A stretch of 64,000 nt of DNA from Bryobacterales bacterium. GTDB taxonomy: Bacteria > Acidobacteriota > Terriglobia > Bryobacterales > UBA6623. The stretch lies in assembly GCA_963422375.2 (NCBI GenBank), contig OY729428.2, forward strand, positions 3,456,001-3,520,000, read 5' to 3'. A model generated the notes under the pieces. It ran no database searches. It had not been told where the DNA came from and was given only the letters and a program-made list of their open reading frames with translations. The position numbers and the translations under genes were made by a program. Shown here in pieces: positions 21,340 through 32,520 of the stretch (the stretch's first letter is position 1; every line of letters starts with the position of its first letter).

Positions 21340-23067
21340 ATGCGCGACCCAGCGACCTACCGCAGCAGCAAGTGGTTCCAAGGGGACCAGTACGAGCATC
21401 TCGCCCGGCGCGCGTGGCTCCGCTCGGAAGGCTTCACGGACGCCGCGTTCGACGGTCGGCCCGTGATCGGCATCTGCAATTCGTGGTCCGAGCTCACGAA
21501 CTGCAACGCCCACCTGAGGCAGGTCGCGGAGGCGGTCAAGCGGGGCGTGTGGGCGGCGGGCGGCGTGCCGCTGGAGTTCCCGACCATCTCGCTCGGCGAG
21601 ATGTTCATGAAGCCGACGACGATGCTGTTCCGCAACCTGATGTCGATGGACGTGGAGGAATCGATCACCGCGAATCCCATCGACGGGGTGGTGCTGCTGT
21701 GCGGTTGCGACAAGACGACTCCCGCGCAGCTGATGGGGGCGGCCTCGGCCAACATCCCGTCGATCATGGTGACCGGCGGCCCCATGCTGTCGGGCCGCTG
21801 GCACGGCGAGCCGCTCGGCTCCGGCACCGACGGCCGCAGGCTCTTCGAAGAGCTCCGCGCGGGGCGCATCGGCGAGGAGCAGTGGGCGGAAGTCGAGGGC
21901 TGCATTTCCCGCAGCGCGGGTCACTGCACGGTCATGGGCACGGCCTCGACCATGGCCTCCATGGCGGAGGCGCTCGGCATGATGCTCTCGGGAGGCGCGG
22001 CGATTCCCGCGGTCGATTCTAGGCGCTACCAGCTGGCCGAGGCCAGCGGCAGGCGCATCGTCGAGATGGTCGCCGAGGACCTGACCCCGTCCAAGATCCT
22101 GACGCGTCAGGCATTCGAGAACGCAGTTCGCGCCGACATGGCGATCGGAGGATCGACCAATGCCGTGGTCCACCTGCTGGCGATCGCCGGGCGCGCCGGC
22201 GTCAGCCTGACTCTGGACGAGTTCGACCGGCTCTCGCGCGAGACGCCCTATATCGCCAACGTCAAGCCATCCGGGCGGCACTTGATGGAGGACCTGTATT
22301 ACGCGGGCGGCCTTCCCTGCGTCCTGAAGGAGCTCCTGCCTCTGCTGCACGGGGACGCCCTCACGGTCAGCGGGCGCACGCTGAGCGAGGAAGTCGCCCA
22401 TGTCGAAGTCCGCAACCGGGACCTCGTGCGGCCGCTGGACGCGCCTCTCCACGCGGAAGGAGGCACCGCCATCCTGCACGGCAACCTCGCGCCCGACGGA
22501 GCCGTGATCAAGCAGACGGCCGCCTCGCCGCACCTGCTCCGGCACCGCGGCAAGGCGCTCGTATTCCAGCGGTACGAGACGCTCCGCGCCTGCATCGACG
22601 ACGACCTCGACGTCGACGGCAACACGGTCCTAGTCCTGCAGAACGCCGGGCCGCACGGCGGGCCGGGATTCCCGGAATGGGGGCACCTGCCAATTCCGGG
22701 CAAGCTGCTGAGGGCGGGAGTGAAGGACATCGTCCGCGTTTCGGACGCCCGCATGAGCGGCACGAGCTTCGGTACGGACGTCCTCCACGTCTCCCCCGAA
22801 GCGGCGGTCGGCGGGCCTCTGGCCGCGGCGCGGACCGGCGACGAGATCGAGCTCGACGTGCCAGCCCGCAGGATCGACCTGCGCGTCGAAGAGAACGAGA
22901 TCCGCCGCCGGCTCGCGGAGCGCATGCCCCGGCCGCCGCCCTACCGGCGCGGCTACGGAAAGCTCTTCCTCGACCAAGTGACCCAGGCCCACGAAGGCTG
23001 CGACTTCCGATTCCTCATGCGCGAGACGGAGATCGGCCCGGGCGTGTCGACGCCGCCTCAAGCCTGA
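21340..23067 (+). CDS. IlvD/Edd-family dehydratase (sugar-acid dehydratase type)
   Basis: NCNAHL, CGCDKTTP, GHCTVMGTASTM, GGSTNAVVH and SDARMSGT. Confidence 0.93.
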   Translation: MRDPATYRSSKWFQGDQYEHLARRAWLRSEGFTDAAFDGRPVIGICNSWSELTNCNAHLRQVAEAVKRGVWAAGGVPLEFPTISLGEMFMKPTTMLFRNLMSMDVEESITANPIDGVVLLCGCDKTTPAQLMGAASANIPSIMVTGGPMLSGRWHGEPLGSGTDGRRLFEELRAGRIGEEQWAEVEGCISRSAGHCTVMGTASTMASMAEALGMMLSGGAAIPAVDSRRYQLAEASGRRIVEMVAEDLTPSKILTRQAFENAVRADMAIGGSTNAVVHLLAIAGRAGVSLTLDEFDRLSRETPYIANVKPSGRHLMEDLYYAGGLPCVLKELLPLLHGDALTVSGRTLSEEVAHVEVRNRDLVRPLDAPLHAEGGTAILHGNLAPDGAVIKQTAASPHLLRHRGKALVFQRYETLRACIDDDLDVDGNTVLVLQNAGPHGGPGFPEWGHLPIPGKLLRAGVKDIVRVSDARMSGTSFGTDVLHVSPEAAVGGPLAAARTGDEIELDVPARRIDLRVEENEIRRRLAERMPRPPPYRRGYGKLFLDQVTQAHEGCDFRFLMRETEIGPGVSTPPQA

Positions 23068-23719
23068 CTCCCCGACGCCACCGAGCCTCGCACGAGGGGC
23101 GTGGAGATCGGGTCGGCGCGTACGAGGCAGCACGACCGCGCGCCTCGGCGGGAATCGAGCCCGAACGCCCGCTCGCCCGGCAAGTCACGGGATCTCCAAG
23201 CCACGGTGATTCACGCATGAGGTGCGACGGCCGGAAGCCGTCCCCAGCGCGGCCGGCAAGGACGGCTGGACTCGGACGGTCCGGCAACGAATGTCCCGCA
23301 GGACAGCCGAACCGACACGCGATTCCATGGCTCCGTGAATGATTCGGGCGAGGCCGGGCCTGACAGCCCAGGTCGGCTTGCCGGAGGATTGCTGAATCGC
23401 CTTGACTGACCAAGGTCAGTGTCGCTGAGTGGATATCATGGACAATCTGCACCGGATTCTACACGAATCCGAGTAATCGGACCTCTGTCGAGGCACCAGC
23501 TAGCCTCCAATGATTGAGAACACTTGACCGCCTTCGCAGCGCTCCGTTTCCAGCGCAATGAACCGGTCGTATTGGCAATTGGAATCGATCCGCATCGGGC
23601 ATCCGCACACTCGTCCGACTGCCTGCGGCGCAATGCGCCGCACCGAAGGGGCATGAACCTCGGGACGGGTTTACGACAGCGCGACCGAGCGCGGCCCGGG
23701 GCCTTGTCGAACCATCACC

Positions 23720-26098
23720 CTAGTTGAACCACACCGGGCTGGCCCAGCCCTTGTTGGTGTCTAGCTGCTCCATGCGGAGGTAATAGTAGTCCCCCGGACT
23801 AGGCGCCTCGCGGTCCTCGAACTCGAACTCGAAGTCCATCGGTCCGTCGGCGTTCACCAGCTCGCATTCCAGTTCGAAGAACACCTCGCGGCCCATCATC
23901 CTGAGATACCTGTGCTCTCGGGGCTTCTCGCCCCGCCCGGTCCAGCGAAAGTACCCGTCCCGGCGCAGGACGTCCAGCGGAATCGCCACTTCGATCATCC
24001 CCAGGTCGGGGTCCTGCAGCTTGAACTGCAGAGGCCCCTCCACGCCATCAACGCGCACCAGCATGCCGTCGCGGTCGTTCGACGTAGCGGCCGTCGTCCA
24101 GCGCACGGCGGCGCCGTCCTGCCGCATCGACTCGAATTCCTGGTCCCGGTGCAGGTGCCGCTGCAACCGCAAGGGGCCGGACTTGGCCGAGAGCTCGCCT
24201 TCCCCGAGTCCCACGTTGGCGCGGCGCTGGTAGATGTTGTCGCCCCACACGATCCGGGCCAGGGAGCCGCGGTTGCGGGCGGGATGGGCCGCGTGAATGA
24301 CCCGCCCGTTCTTGAGGAGTTCCACGCGCGTCAGAGGCTGCGTGCCGGACACGCGCCCGTGGATCCGCGGGGTCTCGTGGTGAGCCGACGGAATCTCGCC
24401 TCCCATCGCCTCTCCGTCGACGGCGAATTCCATCAGGATGCGCTCGTTCCCGGTCACCCCGAACGTGCGCCGCTGGTACAGGCCGTCCCAGATCGCGTCC
24501 CGCGACCGGTCATGCGAAAACACGCCCGTCAGGGGGTTCGTCATCGTGTAGATCAGGCCGGGATAAGAGTTCCCGAAGCCGACCGTGTGGTTGTCGCTGG
24601 AGGCCGTGGCGGCGAGCCGGAGCCCGGATTCCAGGTGCTTCTGCCACGATTCCTCGAAGACTCCATGCACCGACGCGATCTCGAAGCTGCGCTCGATGCG
24701 CGGGTCCGTCCGATGATTCCAATTCGGCGGGCCGCCGCCCACGTGCGGGATCACCATGGCAGGCACTCCGGAACGCTCGAGGACGTCCATCATGCGGCCG
24801 ACGTCGGCGCGGTTCTGCGACGGGTCGAGCTGCATGGTCGTCGGGGCGTCGTCGGAGTTGTAGAAGACGTTGTGATGCCCTCCCAAGGCCGTTCCGACGC
24901 TGTATTCGTAACCGAGGATCGTAACGAAGTCGTTCCAGCCGTTCATGCGCTTGTTGGCTCGAATCAGGTCGGGCCAATTGTCGCGAGGGTCCCGGTACTT
25001 CTCGAAGTGGTATGCCGGGCCGGTCACTCCCAGCGGCATGTGGTGAGGAGTGAGGGAGCCGAAGTCGAGCATTCCGTAGCGCCGCGCATGCAGGTACAGC
25101 TCCTCGTAGACGCCGCGGCCGTCGTGCAGGTACGTGTGCTGGTGCAGATCCCCGAAGTACACGCGACGCTTGGGGTGCCTCTCCACGCGGATGGGGTTGC
25201 TGGTACCGCGTAGCATTCCGTCGCCCGTCCTGACCTCGAGGCGGTACACGCCGGGCTGGTTCGCAAGAACGCCCGCGGCAACGTAGTGCAGCAGGTCCGG
25301 GTCATACTCGAACCGCGTCGCGCCCAGCGTCGGGTCGACGAACTCGAGCTCAAGGCCTTGGTAATCGGCAGCCAGGCATCCCCAGTCGTCGCTCGGAACC
25401 ACCTCGACGCTGAATCGCTCTCCGACAGCGGCGAAGGCGGGAGCGTACACGCGCAGCTTGGAAGCGGGGCCGCCGACCACCTTGAGGAATGCGTCCCCGC
25501 CATAGTCGCGGGGCTTCTTGTCCGGGCCGACGATCACGATGCGGAAGTTGAACAGATTCTCGGCATAGTGCTGCATGCGAACGCCTCTGGCGCCTCCGAG
25601 GTCCAGATATACCTTGTCCCCCGGACGCAGGGCGCCGGATTCCAAGGTCGCGCCGACGGTCCTGCGATAGGGAAAGACGCTGGGGGTGTTGCGCTGAACG
25701 TAGTTCGTGAAGACGTGGGGAGTGAGCACGACGCCGGGAGCGCTGGTCTGCACGGCGAAGTGGGCCGGGGCGCTCTCGCGGTCCACCTGAAAGCCTTCCG
25801 CGTCGCTTGTGAAATGCTTCCAGGCCTCAATCGACTCGCCTCGGGCAACGCCGGCCTCTCCGACTTCGTATTCGATCCGAATCCGATGCCTCTCCCCAGC
25901 CTGGACGACCGGCGAGCTGAGGAGCTTCACCTGTCCCTGCAGCGGGAATCCCGGCGGCATGTACCCGCCCGGACGGTACTCCATCCTCAGGCTGGCCGGA
26001 TCTTCGGCCCCCGGCCCCGCCCGCGCGGCACGGTCCGCCGCTACGTACCAAAGGGAGATCGCGGCGACCAGCGCGGCTAGCAGGACGTGGGCTTTCAT
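23720..26098 (-). CDS. DUF3604/CehA-McbA-like PHP-fold secreted metallohydrolase
   Basis: Signal peptide, YFGDLHQHT, TPH, LGYE, GHHNV, EIASVHG, SSDNH and C-terminal YYYLRMEQ...WASPVW. Confidence 0.8.
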   Translation of the reverse strand: MKAHVLLAALVAAISLWYVAADRAARAGPGAEDPASLRMEYRPGGYMPPGFPLQGQVKLLSSPVVQAGERHRIRIEYEVGEAGVARGESIEAWKHFTSDAEGFQVDRESAPAHFAVQTSAPGVVLTPHVFTNYVQRNTPSVFPYRRTVGATLESGALRPGDKVYLDLGGARGVRMQHYAENLFNFRIVIVGPDKKPRDYGGDAFLKVVGGPASKLRVYAPAFAAVGERFSVEVVPSDDWGCLAADYQGLELEFVDPTLGATRFEYDPDLLHYVAAGVLANQPGVYRLEVRTGDGMLRGTSNPIRVERHPKRRVYFGDLHQHTYLHDGRGVYEELYLHARRYGMLDFGSLTPHHMPLGVTGPAYHFEKYRDPRDNWPDLIRANKRMNGWNDFVTILGYEYSVGTALGGHHNVFYNSDDAPTTMQLDPSQNRADVGRMMDVLERSGVPAMVIPHVGGGPPNWNHRTDPRIERSFEIASVHGVFEESWQKHLESGLRLAATASSDNHTVGFGNSYPGLIYTMTNPLTGVFSHDRSRDAIWDGLYQRRTFGVTGNERILMEFAVDGEAMGGEIPSAHHETPRIHGRVSGTQPLTRVELLKNGRVIHAAHPARNRGSLARIVWGDNIYQRRANVGLGEGELSAKSGPLRLQRHLHRDQEFESMRQDGAAVRWTTAATSNDRDGMLVRVDGVEGPLQFKLQDPDLGMIEVAIPLDVLRRDGYFRWTGRGEKPREHRYLRMMGREVFFELECELVNADGPMDFEFEFEDREAPSPGDYYYLRMEQLDTNKGWASPVWFN

Positions 26099-26344
26099 GT
26101 CCGGCCGATTGTACTGAATCGCAGGTCGTACCGCCCCCCGGGTGGCGGACCTCTGATATGCTGGCATCGGACGAGCGAAATGCATCTCGCCGATATCGCC
26201 GACAGACCGGGGGGATCCCGTCAGTCCTTGGCCGGCATGCCCGAGCGTCGGAGGAGTCGGGCGGCGACGGACCCGGGCGGGCGCAAGCAACTGCTTGCCG
26301 CCAGCCGGAGCAGCGGCGAAGTCGGAGGCCCGCAGCATCCCGGC

Positions 26345-27378
26345 ATGGCTAGCAAGGCCGGGCCACGGCGAAACCTGATCGCAACGGTCGCCGCGATCAC
26401 GCTGCTGGCCTGCGTTCCATCTCTCGAGGCGCAAGCGACCTTTACCAAGCGCGCCCCCCGGAACGCGCTTGAGGACGTTGATCGGATAGGCGACCGCAAC
26501 GTGACGGGGATTCTCAACCTCTTCTCGATGCGACAGGAGACTCGTCTTGGCCGGAACGTCCACCAACGCGTGATGCGTGGGATGAAGATGATCGACGATC
26601 CCGTTATCACCGAATATGTGAACCGCATCGGTCAGAACCTAGCGAGGAACTCGGACATCAAGGTGCCTCTCGTCATCCAAGTTGCCCACGACGAGTCGAT
26701 TAACGCCGCCGCAATGCCCGGAGGGTATTTCTACGTGAATTCCGGGCTGATCCAGTTCGCGTCGGACGAGGCCGAGTTGGCCGGCGTCATGGGGCACGAG
26801 ATCGTCCATATCGCGGGGCGACACACTACGCGGCAGATCAGCCGGACTAAATTGATCAACATGACCGCGGAGACGCTCTTGCGAAGCTTCGGCGGGGACA
26901 ACTGGGGCACGGCCGTGGCGGTCATCGCCGCCAACGTCGCCCTGCCTCTCACCTACCTGTCTCGCGCGACTTCGGGAAGAAAGCCGACTTCCTAGGCCTG
27001 CAGTACCTCTACAAGACCGGCTACGACCCGCTCGCGATGGTGCGGTTCTTCGAGAAACTCACCACTCGCGAGAAGCGCAAGAAGGGCTTCGTCACAGCGG
27101 CCTTCCGCTCCCACCCGATGTCGAGAAAGCGCGCTGCGCGGGTGCAGAAGGCCATAGGGGAGCTTCTGCCAGACCGGCCGGAGTACAAGGTATCCAACAG
27201 CGAGTTCGAAGCGGTCAAGGCTCGTATCGGCAGACTCTACGGAGAGGCGAGCTGGGATCGCGAGGAGACGGACCGGCCCGTCATCCTGAGGCGGCGGCCC
27301 GGCCCCTCCGACGAGGAACAAGACGACGCCGGCGACGAGCGTCCCAAGATCACCCGACGTCGGCCAAAGAAGACCTAG
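26345..27378 (+). pseudogene. M48 (BepA-like) metallopeptidase, frameshifted
   Basis: INAAAMPGG and ELAGVMGHEIVH (HExxH); the frame shifts near 26960 and continues SRDFGKKADFLGLQYLYKTGYDP...RSHP. Confidence 0.88.
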
Positions 27379-27426
27379 CGGAAGGTCTTCGGGTCGTGCC
27401 GGCGTGACCGGGGTATAGTCGATGGA

Positions 27427-28062
27427 ATGAAGCGCTGGGTCATAGCAGCGTGGCTTGCGGGAGCGGCCTTGCTAGCCTCCGACGTGGGCATGGCTCCGCT
27501 GGTGTTCCGCGAGGACTGGACCGCGACTCCTCCCTCGCTGCCGCTGACGCAACGGGACGTGGCAAACCCCGCATTGAAGCTGGCCGTCCACGGCAAGGGC
27601 GGTCCGTTGCTCAAGAAGAGCTTCCACTCCGCAAGGCACTGGGATCCCCACTATGTCTGGTCGGGCCTCTCAAGCGTGCCTTGGGCAGCGAGTCTCTCCT
27701 TGGCGGACGGCAGCCTGATGGACCTGACCGGCACCGCGACGGTGCGCTGGCGGAGCCGCCAATCGGGCTTCCGGGCGCTGCGCGCCGTGATCGAACTGGA
27801 CGGAGGCGAGTGGCTGGTGAGCGAGGCATCCGATCCCGAATCCGCGCAATGGCACGTCCACGAGTTCGCGTTCTCGGCTACCCGCTGGCGACGCCTAACC
27901 GTCGAAACGGTCACCGAGGGCGGCTGGGAACCGCGCCCGGACCTGAGCCGAGTCCGATCCGTCGGATTCACCGACCTGATGCCAGGAGGGCGCAGCGGTG
28001 CCTGCTCGCGGCTAGACTGGATCGAGGTGTACGGTCGGCAAGTTCCCACGAGTCAGCGGTAG
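27427..28062 (+). CDS. Secreted hypothetical protein (possible beta-sandwich)
   Basis: Signal peptide, Trp-rich 211 aa ORF, C-terminal SRLDWIEVYG. Confidence 0.7.
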   Translation: MKRWVIAAWLAGAALLASDVGMAPLVFREDWTATPPSLPLTQRDVANPALKLAVHGKGGPLLKKSFHSARHWDPHYVWSGLSSVPWAASLSLADGSLMDLTGTATVRWRSRQSGFRALRAVIELDGGEWLVSEASDPESAQWHVHEFAFSATRWRRLTVETVTEGGWEPRPDLSRVRSVGFTDLMPGGRSGACSRLDWIEVYGRQVPTSQR

Positions 28063-28213
28063 GGCGGGAGCGTGCCGGGTGTGCGCGAAGAAAGACCCCG
28101 GCCGCCGGCAAGGCGCGGGCGGGACCATTCAAGTCCGATGAGCGCTCGGCGGCCAACGAGGCGTCCGGCGGCTTTTCAATCGCAGCTCGGCAAGTCGCGA
28201 ATCGGGTAGCTGG

Positions 28214-29933
28214 CAGCAATTCTCAATTTTGGGATTTCCAGAGTGTCTGAGAAGGCTGTCGAAGGCCGTCTGGCGCAGGCAGGCACTTGTACTCTTGCGC
28301 GCGGATTTTCTGAGTTGAGATGTAGGCCCCATGTCCTGGACTCGCTCCCGAGCGCCTTCCGCGAGACGGCCGCCGGCCGGCCAGACTGTCGCACGGGTAG
28401 CCACACGCGCTACGCGGTGAGCGACGCCGCCGGTTGCGCCCCGGCCTGCTGCTGCACCCAGTGCGAGTCGTTCCTCGCGTTCCAGCGGCGCATGGAGCGG
28501 GACGGCTCCCGCTCCAACTGCCGGACCCCATTCGGCGTGGGCCGCAGCCCCTGCGACAACCGGATCCGCAACTTGCTCGACGGCCACGACCCGGCTGCGT
28601 TCGACTCGCTGTTCCGGCTGTGCCTCGAAACCGTGGCCGCGCAGGGCGCGCTCGCGCCCTTCCAGCGCCTCGACGAGCGCCTGCCGGCGGCTCCGGACGG
28701 CGTCCGGTTCCAGCGCTCCGACAAGGTGCATTGCCCGCAGTGCTCGGTGCCGCACGTCGGCAGCGAGCGCCGGCCGCATCACTTCCACACCATGGCCGCG
28801 GCCGTCGCGGTGGCCAACGGCCACGGCACCGTCCTGCCGCCGATGCCCGAGTTCGCGTGCCCGCAGCAGGACGCGGCCGCGACCCGCGCCGACATGAGCG
28901 AGGACGAGCGCAAGCGGGACTGCGAGCGCAACGCCGCCAAGCGCTGGATTGCCGCTCACGGCGCCTAGCTGCAGGCCTGCCGCCCCGTGCTGCCGGGCGA
29001 CGACCTGTACTGCTGCCAGCCGCGCTGCGCGGCCGCCGAAGCCGCCGGCATTGACTACATCCTGGCATGCAAGCCCGGATCCCACAAGAAATTGTACGAG
29101 GGGCTGAAGAGCCGGCAGGCGAAGGGCCCAGTGCAATCGACCGGCTGGCTGCGGCGCCCCGGGCAGGGCAAGCGGTCCGAGCGGCACCGCTTCCGCTGGA
29201 CGGACGCGGTGCCCCTGCGCAAGGGCCGCGAGGCCCTGCAGGGCACTTGGATCGAGTACGCCGTGGAGCGCGGCGGCAAGCGCACCTGCACCAACAGCTT
29301 CTTCGCCCATCTCGCGGTCGCCGCGGACAACGCGGAGCGGATCGCGCGGGCCGGCCGGGCGCGCTGGAAGATCGAGAACGAGGACTTCAATTGCCTGGCG
29401 CGGCACGGCGACAACTTCAAGCGCAACTTCGGGCACGGCAAGGCCGCGCCGGCCAACGTGCCGGCCGTGCTGAACCTGTTCGCTTTCGCGCTCCATGCCA
29501 TGCTGCAGTGCGTCTGCGCGCTGTGGCAGCAGTGCCGGCGCAAGCGCGTAACCCGCCGCGCCCTGTTCCGGCAGCTGCAGATCGCACCGAGCTGCTACTG
29601 CTTCCCCGACTGGCCGACCCTGCCGGCGGCGGTGCGCGACGGACGCGCGCCGCCGGGCTGGCAGCCGGCCCCGGCCGGGGCCTGGACTCCGCGCAAGTTC
29701 GTGCCGGCAGCGTCCGGCGAGCGGTCGGCCTTGGCAGCCGGCTACCGCCGGAGTGCGTCCAGCCGCGGGCCGTCACTAGGCAGACCCGCTGCGGGGGCCG
29801 CGCCACGGCCCTGCCTGCCGTCCGACGCCCCCGCGGGGCGGCCTCAGTAGCGCGACCTCTCGGTCAAGTGGATCATCTCATCCTCCTGAACAACGTTCAC
29901 GCACCATCTTGATGGCCAACTTTAGAATCGCTC
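28214..29933 (+). mobile_element. ISNCY-like insertion sequence with a degenerate transposase
   Basis: 9-bp direct repeat GGTAGCTGG (28205-28213, 29934-29942); imperfect terminal IRs; DDE-like motifs DG..HCPQC, DCERNAAKRW, GDDLY and RARWKIENE; TAG at 28966-28968. Confidence 0.85.
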
Positions 29934-30286
29934 GGTAGCTGGTGACTCGCACGGCGGCGGGCTCTCACCGTAGGATCGGCTGAGTACCGTGGCGGACGCT
30001 TGCGAGCCCGCCCCTTGCGACTAGGCGGTGTAGTCCCTCAACGGACCGCGGGGGCCGGTCCGGTCCGGCCGCGCCGCGCGCTCCCGGCGATTCCCGTAGG
30101 AGCCGCGCCGCGAGCGAGATCCGGGACCAACTCGGTCGGCAGATAAGGCGCGCCGAAGACCGCGCCGGCCTCGCTGCGCCCGACATCGCCAGAGGCAAGG
30201 GCATCGGGTCGCGCCACCCCTGGCTTTCGAGTAGAATTGCTTGCGACGGGACCTGAAATGAATCCCCGCGCCCGCGCAACCGGAAC

Positions 30287-31471
30287 ATGACACAAACCGA
30301 GGCACGCTGGCAGAGCAGCGTTAGCCGAAGGAACGCCCTCGGCTCCCTAGGCGCCTTCATGGCAGGGGCCCGCCTAGCATGCGCCCAGAGGGATCCCTTT
30401 CGCGACCACAGCCGGGTAGCCGGTCTCGAAGAGATGCGAGATGTTTTCGACTTCGAGGCCGCCGCCTACGAGCGGCTCGACCGCGCCAATTACAACTACA
30501 CCGCGCGAGGCGGCGGCAGCGAGTTCACCGCACGGCGCAACCGAGACGCCTTCGACTGGGTCAGCCTCGTCCCGCGCGTGGCAGGCGCGAACGGGGCACT
30601 GAAGACCTCCGCCGAGATTCTCGGCACCCAGATGCGCTACCCGATCATGGCCGCGCCCTCGTCCGGGCACGCGGCGCTGCATCCCGACAAGGAAGAGGGG
30701 ACATACGAGGGTTGCACGACGGCGTCCGAAACGCCGATGATCCTGAGCCACGCAGCGAGCATGACGTTCACGGACCTAGCCAAGAACAAAGGCGGGCCGC
30801 TCTGGTTCCAGTTGTACGCGAGGCGCGAGTTGGAGCAGAATCGCGAGCCGTGCGTATCCGCCCAGATTGCCGGTGCAGGCGCCATCGTCGTCACGGTCGA
30901 CCAGCAAGCCTCCTTCTACGATCGTGCATCCCACGACCGCAACCTATCGCTGCGGCCGCGGCGCCCGGCGCGCCTGAGCGGCAACACGGCCCGGTATCGA
31001 TTCTCGGAGGGCAGGATCTGGTACGAGTGGGCTCTGTTCGAGGCTCTCCGTTCGATGGTGGAGGTGCCGTTGCTTGCCAAGGGCCTGCTGACGGCGGAAG
31101 ACGCGGCGCTAGCCGTCGAGTTCGGTCTCGACGGCATCGTGGTCTCGAACCACGGCGGGCGCACGCTGGACTACACCCCGTCTACCCTCGAGGTTCTTCC
31201 CGAAATCGTCGAAGCCGTAGCGGGACGCATTCCCGTCTTGATCGACAGCGGTTTCCGGCGCGGGAGCGACGTGCTAAAGGCGCTGGCCCTCGGAGCCGAC
31301 GCCGTGTGCTTGGGACGCGTGCCCCGGTGGGGCTTGGGCTCGTTCGGCGCTCCGGGAGTGACACGCGTGCTCCGGATGGTTCAGGAAGGCTTGGAGGACG
31401 CCATGAGACTGTGCGGAGTGCGCAGCCTGGCCTCGCTCGACAGGAACATAGTGAAGGTCGACTTTCCGTGA
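30287..31471 (+). CDS. FMN-dependent alpha-hydroxy acid oxidase with Tat signal
   Basis: SRRNAL, WFQLY, VTVD, KG, VVSNHGGR and IDSGFRRGSDVLKALALGA. Confidence 0.92.
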   Translation: MTQTEARWQSSVSRRNALGSLGAFMAGARLACAQRDPFRDHSRVAGLEEMRDVFDFEAAAYERLDRANYNYTARGGGSEFTARRNRDAFDWVSLVPRVAGANGALKTSAEILGTQMRYPIMAAPSSGHAALHPDKEEGTYEGCTTASETPMILSHAASMTFTDLAKNKGGPLWFQLYARRELEQNREPCVSAQIAGAGAIVVTVDQQASFYDRASHDRNLSLRPRRPARLSGNTARYRFSEGRIWYEWALFEALRSMVEVPLLAKGLLTAEDAALAVEFGLDGIVVSNHGGRTLDYTPSTLEVLPEIVEAVAGRIPVLIDSGFRRGSDVLKALALGADAVCLGRVPRWGLGSFGAPGVTRVLRMVQEGLEDAMRLCGVRSLASLDRNIVKVDFP

Positions 31472-32520
31472 GACGCTTCGGTCGCAGCCGACGACGGGCC
31501 CTCGCGAGCTTCGCGGGCCTGCTCGCGGCTTCCCCCAGCGTGCGGGCCCAGCACGCTCCACTGCAAGCGGTCGAGGCTCCGGGCCGCAGGACTCCACTCG
31601 ACGAGTTCGCCAACGTCCCGGAGTTCGAGGCCATGGCCCGACGGTCGCTAAGCGACCAGGCGTTCGCGAGCATCGCCGACGGAGAGCGCGACCTGCTCGA
31701 GCGCATCACTTTCCGGCCGCGCCTGCTGGTCAGCACGCTGGATCTCGACCTGTCGCTCGAGCTCTTCGGACAGGACATGTTCGCGCCCATCCTGGTCGGC
31801 CCGGCGTCCGGGCAGCAGCGCTTTCACGAGGAGGGCGAAGTGGCGACGGCCAAGGGAGCCGCAGCTGCGAAGGCGACCATCGTGACAGCGGAGGAGAGCG
31901 GCGCGACCCTTGAGAAGACCGCCGCCCTAGCCCCGGGTTCATGGCGACAGGTTTATCCGGACCCCGACGTGGGCGCCCTGGCGGAGCGCGGGCGCCAGGC
32001 CGAGCAGGCGGGCTGCCGCGCCCTGTGCCTGACGCTGGGCGACAGCCGGGGCGATGCGGGCCCTCGGCGCTACGGATGGGACAAGATCGAACAGCTCCGG
32101 GACTCGACCGGGCTGCCTCTGGTACTGAAAGGCATCATGCATCCGGCCGATGCGTCATCGGCTGTCGAGCGGGGTGTCGCTGCGATTGTCGTGTCAACGC
32201 ACGGCGCGGGCCGCGCTAGCGGGGCGAGCGAGCCGCTAGCGGCGCTTCCGGCCGTGACGGAAGAAATCGCGGGACGCATTCCGGTTCTCTTGGACGGCGG
32301 CATCCGTCGTGGCAGCGACGTGCTGAAGGCGCTGGCACTCGGCGCGACGGCGGCGTTGGTCTGCCGCCCCGCGCTCTGGGGTCTGGCCGCCTACGGCGTC
32401 GCGGGCGTGCAAAAGGTAGTCGAAATGTTACAGACCGAGCTGGCCCGAGACATGGCCCAGCTCGGCACCGCTAGCCTCCGTGCCATCCGGAGGGAGCACA
32501 TCCGGATCCACCGTCGCTAG
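31468..32520 (+). CDS. Second FMN alpha-hydroxy acid oxidase-like protein with a divergent active site
   Basis: GTGA overlap with the upstream gene; SRRRAL Tat-like signal; LKGI and DGGIRRGSDVLKALALGA; STHGAGR replaces SNHGGR. Confidence 0.88.
   Translation: MRRFGRSRRRALASFAGLLAASPSVRAQHAPLQAVEAPGRRTPLDEFANVPEFEAMARRSLSDQAFASIADGERDLLERITFRPRLLVSTLDLDLSLELFGQDMFAPILVGPASGQQRFHEEGEVATAKGAAAAKATIVTAEESGATLEKTAALAPGSWRQVYPDPDVGALAERGRQAEQAGCRALCLTLGDSRGDAGPRRYGWDKIEQLRDSTGLPLVLKGIMHPADASSAVERGVAAIVVSTHGAGRASGASEPLAALPAVTEEIAGRIPVLLDGGIRRGSDVLKALALGATAALVCRPALWGLAAYGVAGVQKVVEMLQTELARDMAQLGTASLRAIRREHIRIHRR

Noticed and set aside
30379..31467. N-terminal half of the 713 aa ORF as a fused oxidase
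   Set aside because: It is a shadow frame of 30287-31471; the second gene starts at GTG 31468.
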